From Psilocybe cubensis (Eukaryota): a stretch of DNA of 64,000 bases. The notes under the pieces were generated by a model that was given only the letters and a program-made list of their open reading frames with translations, made no database searches and was not told where the DNA came from. Made by a program: the position numbers and the translations under genes. Of the stretch, positions 36,912 through 47,436 are shown piece after piece. Positions within the stretch are counted from its first letter, which is position 1, and each line of letters opens with the position of its first letter. The stretch lies in NCBI GenBank assembly GCA_017499595.2, contig CM039006.1:868001-932000 (forward strand). The letters are read 5' to 3'.

Positions 36912-39160
36912 ATGCCCACCAATGCATCCCCCGACGCGGATCCGCTTCCTTCCACCGCAAATGCCACAACCCACAACGGACCCAGAAGCGGACAGACGGC
37001 GGAGGGTGACTTTCCGCCGGAAGAATCAAATATATGGACCACAAAGGAAATGCGCGTGTTGAAAAAGCATGTACAGCCCTACAAAGATACATCAAAGTCA
37101 TCCAAAGCAGACTACATACAGAACACTGTCATACCTGAGCTGCAAGCTACATGGGATCACAGATACTCTAGACGTGCTAGGAAGGAAGATAAGCAACTAC
37201 ACAAAGAATGGAAGGTGAAGAAGCATGTGAGCTCGTTGTTTCTTTGAAAATTTTGTTACACACATAAACCATCACAATAGCGAATTTTTAATTGGTTTAG
37301 AAACCATGCGTCAAATCGAATTGGTGTAAAATTGGAAGGATTGAACTCCCGTATAACCTTTCAGACGGTATTCCGTGAGGAGAAGTCGGCAGAGATTGAC
37401 TCCGAGGTTGCGCTTCTATCAGGGAATGCTGCTCGTGGAAGTAAAGATTGGATGAAGTTTTATCAACAAGGACGTAAGCAGGTTGAGGCCAGATTGACTC
37501 AGGAGGAGCGGGACAGGTTCATGGAGATCCTTGAGGAATGGAATAAGAAAGGTGTTTCAAAATCAATGAAGGCAAAGTGAGTCGGTGGAACTTGTTTCCG
37601 CCGTCAATCTGACATCTGCAGGACTGCTGCCAGGCAAGGCAGAAAAATACTTCGACAAATGGAGAAACTTAAGTGGCAGAGAATGGGTATGAGGTCCATT
37701 ACCTTTGAGGGGCATTATGATATTGAGGGTAAAATCGAATACTCAATGTAAGTGTTAAACACGGCATGAACAAGTTCCGCCGTGAATGCTTACGGCAGAA
37801 TAATTTGGCCCGTATTAATGTTGACTGATGGGCATTGAAGGACCCAGACAAGCGATCTAGCACTCGACAATGTCAGAATTCCTTCCTTTGGGCAACTCTT
37901 TCCATCCGAGTTGGCCGCTTTTCGCAGAGCGTTTGTTCAATACCTCGTCCACATTTCAGAAATAGAGAAGGGTGTGGCCAATCCAGCACTGCCAGATGCA
38001 TCGTTTCATGAAAAATCCCTCAAGTTTAGCAGCAATGGATTTCCAATAGTACCTAGTCCTATCTATGGCTCAACTGGGAGAGAAGTTGCTTATGCGCAAA
38101 AGTCAATTATTAGAATTTACATGAACAAGGTTTATGGTGTGTAATTTGTCTATGTCCTCAACAAACTTGCTAACTATGTATACAGCTTTAGCCAAGGATA
38201 GGCCTGGTTCAAGTGTTCCTTGGGATGCTCTTGAAAGGCGTTCTGCAGAAATGATTGATCCAGAGTATTGGCCAAGTTCAATCCCTGTGACGGATCCGAG
38301 CCGGCTCCGCCTGGAGTCAACTTCTGCAATTCTCAAGCTATGGAGGGACCGTCAAGCGCAAGGAGACATCCCCTTTAAATTCTCAAAGGTTTTTGGAAAT
38401 GGCTATGACATTATGGAACCTCTCTATCCGTCCAACTTGTTTGACGGCCTAGAAGCCCACCCGATACCTCCACCTCCTGCAGCCATAACCAAACGTCGGC
38501 TGAGGCAAAAAGCTATACGACTTCAAACCCAATCTTCAAGCGACTCTGAATCATCCAATCTGTCAGAGTTTGATAATGGACGGGGCAGTCCGGCATCCGC
38601 GATGCCACGCACTACTGCCAGATTTGAAGTCACGCCAGAGACGGATGAGACTCCTACCGACGCACCTTCAAGATCTAGCGAGCCACCCTCTCTACCAAGT
38701 AGATCCAGCCCAACAATTGTCAATCCATCATCCAGCCCAACTCCAGAGGTTGAGGAGGCGCCTCCCAAGCCAGCTAGAAAGATTATGCCAAGAAAAAGAA
38801 CAAAGCCATATGTCGGAACGGCGGAAATGGGACGGACCCGATGAAGAGAGTTCTGTACCCCCCCCAGTTAAGCCAAAACCAACTAGAAGGATTAAACCTA
38901 GGAAAAGAACAAAGCCCTACTCAGATCCACTTGACACAGTGGAAGAAGATGGAGTCCAAACAGGAACAACCCACGACACGGATAATACACGGGCTGGCAG
39001 GGACGTGACTTGTGATGCCTTTGTGGAGACAGTAACAAGTCCAGATACGGATGAAACACGGGCCCGCAGGAATGTGACTTCGGATGCCTTAGCACTTCAG
39101 GAAGCAAGTCTGCTTGTTGTAGCAGGTAAAAGACAAAGAAAAAAAACTTTGAAAGCCTAG
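36912..39160 (+). CDS. KDZ cargo gene, multi-exon hypothetical protein (helical N-terminus, P/S/K-rich tail)
   Basis: Spliced ORFs at 36912, 37332, 37911, 38134 and 38570. Motifs IWTTKEMRVL, RIFNWFRNH and VPWDAL..IDPEYWP..DPSRL..ILKLWRDRQ. Divergent from the transposase; the 3' end is uncertain. Confidence 0.65.
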
Positions 39161-39438
39161 CTGTTGAAGTAGATTCATGATACCTATTGAATGTGATGCT
39201 TTTTATTCTTATCTTGATGTTTCTCAAACATGTTTTCACACAAAATCAAAACAGAAAGCGGGGTTCATTAAAAATCATCAAGTGCTACTTTTTGGGAGAG
39301 GTATAAAACAGATGAGCACATGAGAGTAAAAACTATATACAGTCCAAATGATGAAAAAATTGTATAGGGATGTGAGCAATGTAATATATGACAGGCAAAA
39401 AAGGAGACCAAAAAAAAGTTACAAAGAATTGAAATACA

Positions 39439-42007
39439 CTACTTTTTTTGGGCCTTGGATTTTTTGGGCGAGCGCGATGCTTCAGCCAGAGTCGTTTCCG
39501 CCTTTCGCTTTCGTCCAGCCCTTGTCTTTGTGGCTATGTTCGACGCGGGCAGCGTGGACGCCACGATCTCAACATCCTCCTCCTCCACAATTTCAACCTC
39601 GTCGCTGTCCGAGGGATCAGACAACTCCGATGAGTGTCCATTCCCGGATGGCCCAGCCTTGGAGGATGGCTTAGCCTTTGACAATGGCTTAGCCTTTGAG
39701 GATGGGCCGGCCTTTGACGATGGCGCGGCCTTTGACGATGGTGCACCCTTTGACAACGGTGCGGCCTTTGACGTCGAACTTCGAGGACGTGGAGCTGGGA
39801 GAGGGGGTGGTGGAGACAGGGAAAGGATGGGCGGTACCGGTGGGAGCGAGGGTCGGCCAGCTGGGGGGGGCAAAGGCGCTTCCGGAGTCGAACCGGGCAA
39901 GAATAGCGCTGTTGGTGGCGCAGACACGGCAGGGAGGACGGGTGCGGGTGGAGGTGGGGGAGGGGAAGGGAGGACAGGTGCTGGCGGTGGTGGAGGAGGG
40001 GAAGGGAGAATGGGTGCTGCTGGAGGTGGAGGTGGGGAAGGGAGGGGTGCTGGCGGTGGTGGTGCGCTTGGGGATTGTGGCACAGAGGTGGGTTCACGGG
40101 TCCGCGACGGACCCGATTCTTGTTCGACCTCCGTCTTGGAGGGTCCTGCTGCCTGTTTGGGGGCGGGATTCCTTTGTTCATCCTGCTCCAGCAAATCGTC
40201 GACCACATCTCGGACGTGGTTGATCCTCTTGGTGATGTCGTTGAACATCGTGACAGAAAGCGAGGTGCTTCCTGCCACTTGTTCTTTGGCCATGGTCCAT
40301 TCGGCCTTCACCTCTTGGATGCCGTCCTCGATGCTCTTCATCCTGTTCTCCACCGCCAAGTTCGTCTCGGCAAACGTCGCAATCCGTGCATTAATCGCCG
40401 TCATGGACGCGGATAACCCGTCCAGCCGTTCCATGATTCTGCCTTGGCGCTCAAAGAGCTGCACAAGCAGTTCTCCCACATCCTCGGGGAACGACCCTTC
40501 CCCGGCCTTCCCCTTCGCCGGAACATCTTCTCCCTCCTCCAACTTCAACGCCTCCCCATAGCTTCCCAGTGGCGTCGTCAAAAATTGACCCGCGAAGGTG
40601 TTGCGCCCCGGGTAGAAGCTGCAGTGGATCTTGCGAGACTTGCAAGACTCGCAAGATTGGTGCTTCACGGGGACGAGAGGCTCAGTGCCTGTCTCCCCCT
40701 TGACATAGCATGGCACCTTGAATTTGATGCATGCCGTGCACCTTTCCACCATGTCCACCATCCCCTCTGGCACCTGGCGCACTTTCTGGGATCTCGACCG
40801 CGCCTTCCTGATGGGGGGGACATCGTCCTCGGTGTCCTTCTTTACGGAACGCGTGCGCATCTTCCGGGTGGGGGTGGCAGTGGGGGTGGTAGGCGGTGCC
40901 CCTTTGTTATCGCCTTCGTCGTCCTCGTCGACGTCCGCGTCCGCGTCTTCGTCCGTGTGGCTTCCTATGATCGCCTTGCTCCTGAATTTCCCCTGCTTGG
41001 ACTTCGCCAATCTTTCCAGCTTCTCCCTGTACGCTGGGTGACCGGGCATGTTGGAGGCGGTAATGTGGGGAATGATTTCCCCCTTCTTTGTCCGTGGGCC
41101 CCTGTAATCCGCTGGAGCCAACTGAATGGACTCCACGGGGTCCGCCGCTTTCCGTTTGCCCTTGTCTTTGTGGGCGTCTGTCACGGGTCCGTCTTCCACC
41201 GGGGGTTCGACTGCCTTGCCCTTGCCCTTCTCGGCCCGTCTCTTCTCCGTCTCCTCCTTGTTCCTCTCCTCGTCTGTCTCCTGCTCCTGCTCCTGCTCCT
41301 GCTCCCTCTTCCTCCTCTCCTCCGCCTTCTGCCTCTCCTGCTCCCTGGTCCTCCTCTCCTGCTCCCTCTTCCTCCTCTCATCCTTTCTCCTCTCCTCCAC
41401 CTTCTGCTTCTCTTCCTCCCTCTTCCTCCTCTCCTCCTCCTTCTGCCTCTCTTCCTCCTCCTCCCTCTGCCTCTCCTCTTCCTCCTCCCTCTTCTTCTTC
41501 TCCTCCCTCTTCCTCCTCACCTCCCTCTTCCTCCTCTCCTCCACCCTCTGCCTCTCCTCCTCCTCTTGCTCCTCCTTCTCCCTCCTCTTCTCTTGCTCCT
41601 CCTCCTCCCTCCTCTTCCTCTGTGCCTCCTGGCCTTCCTGGTAGGCCTTGAAGTTGGCGACTTGATGTTTGAGCATCGCCCAGTCGACCTCAAACCTGTA
41701 GATGTTCTCGCCGTCCTTGCCCTGGATGACTTTGTACGAGTAGACAACGGGGCTCGCAACATAGTCAATGAGCCGGAAGCGGGCGGCGTCCCTGACATGC
41801 TCCTGACACAATGGAACCTATTGGAATTTTTTTTTTTGTTGAGCAAGTCATGATCTTATAAAATTGAGAACTTACCAAGTCCCTGTAAAGCTGCTCCAAC
41901 TCAGCGTTGAACGCGCTTTCACCGTTGCGGTAGCACTCGGTAAACTTTTTTTCCCAGTCAGCGAGGCGTTGGGCGAAGGTGGCGGTGGTGGAAGATGAAG
42001 CGGCCAT
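39439..42007 (-). CDS. KDZ cargo gene: Zn2Cys6-like cluster protein with an E/R/K coiled coil, a second coiled coil and a Pro-rich tail
   Basis: Exon 1 from 42007 (MAASSST..YRDL|GTAAGT) spliced to ORF 39439-41811. CTACIKFKVPC-x18-CESCKSRKIHC gives C-x2-C-x6-C-xn-C-x2-C-x6-C. Basic NLS-like C-terminus. Confidence 0.75.
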
Positions 42008-42238
42008 TGAAAAAAGCGTGTTTTTATGGGGGAAGACACGTTAAATGGGTGAGGCACGGTAGAACGTGAGGGTGGTGATCGTGGTTGGAGTTAGTCTAAA
42101 AAAAGTCTAAAAAAAAGCGGTCCCGCAAAACAAAACCATACACAAACATGTACAATCTGAGTCATGTGATTTCTTCACCAGATCCAGTTTGTGCAAAAGT
42201 TGCTAAGTTCGATACACGGGTGAATCTATTTCCGTGTC

Positions 42239-43670
42239 ATGGAGAATCCTCGGATAGTATTGTATTCTGTGAGATATATAAACAAGCCCACCCAGTTGCA
42301 CTTTCTGGACTGTATGTCCTCCTACAACTTTATTCCCACCTCTAGCAAAAATTCCCCCATTGACTACACCAGTCTCAACAATCTTACCAGGCTTCTTGAA
42401 AAACTGAAGGAACCTCCTCCCGTAAAACCTATAAAATGTAAGACTAATGGCATTAATTCAAGTAAATTTTAATTGATTTCTGAGCATCAGCAATGTCTTC
42501 AAATATTAGCAACTCTAAGGAAAGCAAACGCACAGCAAGGACGGATGACCTGGCTCCGCCGCCAATGCCAGTCATTCCAGATAACCTGGCTCCACCCCCT
42601 ATGCCTGTTATTCCAGATAACCTGGCTCCTCCCCCTATGCCAGTCATTTCATCTAACCTGGCTCCGCCCCCTATGCCAGTCATCCGGAAAGACCTGGCTC
42701 CGCCGCCAATGCCAGTAATTCCAGCTAACCTGGCTCCACCCCCTATGCCTGTCATTCCAGCTAACCTGGCTCCGCCGCCAATGCCAGTAATTCCAGCTAA
42801 CCTGGCTCCACCCCCTATGCCTGTCATTCCAGCTAACCTGGCTCCACCCCCTATGCCAGTCATTCCAGCTAACCTGGCTCCACCCCCTATGCCAGTCATC
42901 CGGAACGACACGGCTCCGCCGCCAATGCCTGTCATCCGGAACGACACGGCTCCGCCGCCAATGCCTGTCATCCGGAACGACACGGCTCCGCCGCCAATGC
43001 CAATCATTCCAGATAACCTAGCTCCTCCCCCTATGCCTGTCATTCCACCTACCCTGGCTCCTCCCCCTATGCCTGTTATTCCAGATACCCTGGATCCTCC
43101 ACCTATGCCTGTCATCCGGGATGATGTGGCTCCGCCGTTGATGGCAGCACATGTTTCATACACGTCTGTCGTCGACAAAATCATTATGGACTCTCGTCCA
43201 GCTATTTCCTCTGAGAGGAAGCAAGGTCGCTATTCTCCACCCCCTGAAGCATGCCACCTGCTCCTTCAAAACCCTTATTTTTGAACCTACGGCAGGTTTG
43301 ATCCCATGGGCGGCTACCCCGGTTCGCCTCCCACCCAGTCTGACATTGAGTTCGAGGATGTGACAGATCAGACGGCATATTTTAACCCTCCTTTTCTATA
43401 TGTATGCACTCAGATATTACCAAGCACTAGATACTGACAACTATTTTAGAATTATACCGAGCAGCAGCTACGGGCAACATACGACCAAATAATCGACAGT
43501 TCCGTTGGCGACAATAGTTATGACAGCAAGGTCACAACGTTTAAGAACCTCCGCCTGCATCAGCTGCAGTCAGAAATTCTGACTTATAATGCGCTGGAGG
43601 AAATTGACGCTGGGCTGGCAGGGATTGAATCGAGTTTGGAAAAGCATTTGTATACCGGTAGAGATGAATA
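42239..43670 (+). pseudogene. KDZ cargo gene with 16 x 12-aa Pro-rich repeats and a probable premature stop
   Basis: ORF 42239 splices into 42493-43284. The frame continues past TGA at 43282-43284 (TYGRFDPMGGYPGSPP..FNPPFLY|GTATGC) to a last exon ending GRDE* at 43670. Confidence 0.55.
42550..43125 (+). repeat. Coding minisatellite, 16 x 36 bp (LAPPPMPVIPAN-type)
   Basis: Tandem CTGGCTCCRCCSCCWATGCCWGTHATT.. units; variation is mostly synonymous in the first nine codons. Confidence 0.95.
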
Positions 43671-43749
43671 AATTATTTTTGGAGCCCTTGTGCTCATTGA
43701 TTCGCAATACCTCTCAAATATCCCTCCCTCTCTGGGAAGATACGGGTCA

Positions 43750-44067
43750 AATGGGTCCATCTGACAGCACAACACGGGTCAAGCGGATCCGTCTGCTTGC
43801 AATACACGGGATGCAAATGGACCCGTCCGGCTCATTCCCGGCCCGTGTTTCTTCCGTGTAGGTAGACGCGCGGATCCCGCAGGCCACCCGGCGGCTCCAT
43901 TTAGCGCTAAATGGCACGTCATGTACGCTATGATTTGCCAGGCTAAATCACACGTACATCACGCTAATCTCCTAATTAGGTAGCGGAAGTAAATCCACCG
44001 TGTCTCACGTAATATCCTTATTATTAAATCTTAGGTAATGTACGTTATAAATAAACTGTCTTATGTG
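43750..44067. repeat. Right terminal inverted repeat of the KDZ element
   Basis: Reverse complement of 22115-22432. Confidence 0.95.
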
Positions 44068-46635
44068 GAGTTTTTGTGTAGGCATTGCAAAAAGTAAGTG
44101 ACTTAATCAATCATAAAATTTGTCGCATTACTCAGCTCTGCATAAAAATTAGATCAGTAATGGTTCCACGGACTGTGGATAAAGAAAAGAGTTTCGACAA
44201 TGAGCATCCAAAGCCAGCACTCGGAAATTTAGCAACTCACCTTAAAAAACATTCTAACCTTGACCTAACTGTACCACCTGTCGCTCCTAATGGTTCCGGC
44301 GAGCTTCGGGGAATTTCCGCAGCCTCAGCAAAAGTTATGGAGGACTATCTCAAGGACGGCGAGATTAATCCGGCTCTGGCACAAACACAGAAAGGTTTTT
44401 TTAGCGTGTTCGCAGCATGGATTCTAGAGGAGGACTTACCCTTTACAACTGGTGAAACATCTGGCATTGGTTACCTTTTCAAATACATCGAGAGCCGATA
44501 CATGCTACCATCAGACACAATTGTTCGCAACTATCTTGCAAAGATTTTTTGTGAGATGAATAGAGTTGTAAAAGGCGAGTTAGAGGTACGTACATTATAC
44601 TCAATACCCAATATGTGGACTAACATATTGTATTCTGTAGAGCGTCAAATCAAAAATTGCAGTCTCAACGGATACCTGGACTACAAAATCAATGATTTTT
44701 ACATTTGCGGGAACCATTGCCACCTGGGTATTGGATGACTGGGAGCTGGTAGAACGGGTAATCGACTTTCATACAATTGTTGACAAGGAACATGAAGGTG
44801 AGTATGCTGCCAAAGGGATGGCAAAAGCTTTGTCGGACATGGGTGTTTTAGAAAAGATGAGCCAGTTTTTATTGTGCGATGCTTACTAGATCACGATTAC
44901 TTATCTAATTTAATACCTCTTAGCAGTAACCTGCGATAATGCGGCAACCAACGATGTTCTTCTGCAAACACTATCTCGTCTTCTAATCAACAAGTTTGAC
45001 ATACAATTTATTCCTGAAAATGCGCAGATTTGCTGCCTTGCACACGTCATCAATCTTGTAGTGCAAAAAATTCTTGCCACTCTTGGTGAGGCCGAACATC
45101 CTGAAAATAATGACTATTACAAAACAATGAAAGATCTGCCGGTACACTACAATGCCGACAACGATACAGCTGTTCAGGAAATGGAGCGCGAAGCTGGTGA
45201 AGGGGAAAATGGAGATGAATGCACCGCCTTTATGGTGTCTGCTGAAGACAAGGAAGATCATATACTTTTGGCCGGCTCTATGCCAGCCCTCAGCCCTCTT
45301 TTGAAGGTAGATTCTTGCATGCTGGCTGGAGCTTTCTACTTAATTGATTCAATTTTATTTTAGCTTCGCACAACCGTATCAAAGATTTTATCATCTCCTT
45401 AACGGCGTGCACAGTTTTGTAAAATTGCATCAACAATGTATAGGGACAAGGTAAAACCATCTTCTAAAATTGATACCCCTTCATTAACTACAGCAGAACC
45501 GGCACCCAAAGTATTGATTGCCCATTTGCTACCTATCCGGGATGTTCGAACACGGTGGAACTATACACACGCAATGATAAAGCGGGCTCTAATGCTTAGA
45601 AATATTTGATTTTCTTCACGTTTTGCATCTGATAAGATTGTACTGACTTTGAATTTACTATAGGCAATTAACGGATGGGCATCGCTACATGGGTTTAGTA
45701 GCCTTGTGCTTGACCGAGAAAGCTGGTCTTATCTCGAGAAGCTTGAAACTATTCTGGAACCCTTTGCTCAGGTTACACTCCAAATGTCGCATTCCAACAC
45801 TCCAACATTACCCTGGGTCCTTCCAATGTATGATTTCATGGATAAACATCTCTCAAAAGCTGCGAGCGACATGAACTTGCTTCCATCACTTCAAGAAGCA
45901 GCGGCCGCAGGACTTCAAAAGCTATACAAGTATCATGGGAAAGCTCAAAATTGTCATTACAACATTATTGCCACGAGTACGTTCTTAAACTATTTTGCTA
46001 TTGCCACAAATGTGTCTAATCATAACTAGTGCTACATCCATTTCTTGGAATCAGATTTTTTCGTCTAGTTGATGCTTCTGGTGACCGAGCTGCTAAAGCT
46101 CAGACCATTTTCAAGCATGCATTTGATCGTTACAAGGCTACATTTGAAAATTCTCCGAAGTCAGCAGTGCCACTTACTCGACAAAGCTCAGCCTCCTCAA
46201 GTTTTCTTGATGAAATTGCCTTCTTCAAAGATGATGCAGTAAATGAAGAGGCAATTTCTCCCACCACAGACGAACGCGAGCATTTTCTTCAAGCTCGACA
46301 AATATTTAGTTGTGGAGAACCAAACAAACCTTTATTATGGTGGAAAGTAAGCAATTTTGTCACTTATTAATTGTTTGGAATACTTTACTAACCATTGAGA
46401 ATTGATAATTCTGCAGAACTACGGGCACAACTTCCCGGTCATTAGTAGAATAGCCAAAGACTTTCTGGCTATTCCAGGAACAAGTGTCTCGGTGGAGAGA
46501 CTTTTTTCAAAGTCACGTCATCTGTGTGCTGACCTCCGGTCCTCTTTGAAAGCTCAAACTATCACTGAGTCTTTGCTCTCAAAGATGTGGATTAGAGCTG
46601 GTATTTTTGACCGTGTCTTGCGACAACTTGCGTAG
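44068..46635 (+). pseudogene. hAT transposase, 3' part (end of BED finger, DDE core, hATC dimerisation domain)
   Basis: Motifs LCRHC..LATHLKKH, DTWT, VTCDNAATND, CLAHVINLVV, DVRTRWNYT and PLLWWK..FPVISRIAKDFLAIPGTSVSVERLFS. In-frame TAA at 45400-45402 (SSP*RR, where SSPQRR is expected). Confidence 0.9.
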
Positions 46636-47170
46636 TCTACTGTCCTTTATTTGCTATAAAAATATATTCTCGACACCAATTCAGATGCCGCGTGACTGGC
46701 TGTGACATTCTGTACCGTTTACAAACATTTGTAAACGGTTTGTAAACAGTTTCCTACCCTTTCCGTTTATTTTATAATATTTTTTAAATGGAAACTAAAT
46801 GGTTGGAGCCTTATACTCAACAAAATATTCTAGTTTGCTTCACGTCAAGTACATCTTGATAAAACTATATGTTAATGCAATGATAATGGAATTGAACATC
46901 AGCTACTGAAAATGACTCTGCCAGACTCTGCCCAGAGGATGCAAAAGTAGTATGTACAAAAAATGGATAAAAAGTAACCAACAATGAGAATTGAACCACA
47001 ACCAGAGCCCCAAAGGAGAGGGAAAAGTGTGTATGTATTCAATAGAATATTTTAGTTCGCTTCACATCAAGTGCATCTTGATAAAATTATAGTGATTAAT
47101 CACCACCTACTAATAGTAAAAATGAGTCTACCCAGTGCGGAAGGGAGGTGCAAAAAATCGTATAAGATGT

Positions 47171-47251
47171 AACCAACGGTGGGACTCGAACCCACAGCCT
47201 CTGCCTACAGAAATTTAGGAAAGCAACGCACTACCATTGTGCTACGTTGGC
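47171..47251 (-). tRNA. tRNA-Arg(CCT) with 9-nt intron
   Basis: GCCAACG-TA-GCAC AATGGTA GTGC-G-TTGCT TT CCT A [AATTTCTGT] A GGCAG-AGGCT-GTGGG TTCGAGT CCCAC-CGTTGGT-T. T6 run about 13 nt downstream. Confidence 0.9.
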
Positions 47252-47436
47252 TTGTGATAACATCTAAAATATTTGCATCTAAATCATAATTTGAGGCTGT
47301 GCAGGTGGCCTGATTCAGGAAAAGCAAAGTCGTTCGATGAGGTAAATTGCAACCCAATCTTAAACCCCTTCCACATCCATCTCCATCTTTTATCGAACCA
47401 TAATTCTGCGCAAAAAGAACACATAAAACTCACACA

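Larger units (their letters stand above)
22115..44067 (-). mobile_element. KDZ (Kyakuja-Dileera-Zisupton) DNA transposon with TET/JBP cargo (about 15.6 kb without the retroelement)
   Basis: Near-perfect TIRs of about 315 bp starting CACATAAGACAG. Flanking duplication GAGTTTT (22108-22114 / 44068-44074; 8 bp GGAGTTTT if the terminal G is counted as target). CxC2-KDZ transposase inside. Confidence 0.92.
20693..46813 (+). mobile_element. hAT DNA transposon (about 4.2 kb once the nested insert is removed)
   Basis: 22-bp TIRs TAAGGCTCCAAYCATTTAGTTT (20693-20714 / 46792-46813, one mismatch). 8-bp TSD TACTCAAC (20685-20692 / 46814-46821). Subterminal GTTTACAAAC repeats at both ends. Confidence 0.95.

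Noticed and set aside
39455-41853. Long plus-strand ORFs (368 aa, 469 aa and others)
   Set aside because: Antisense shadows of the GC-rich, repetitive Zn2Cys6-like gene.
42453-43184. 243-aa Gly-rich repeat ORF (MTGIGGGAR)n
   Set aside because: Antisense of the Pro-rich repeat; synonymous variation and splice sites support the plus strand.
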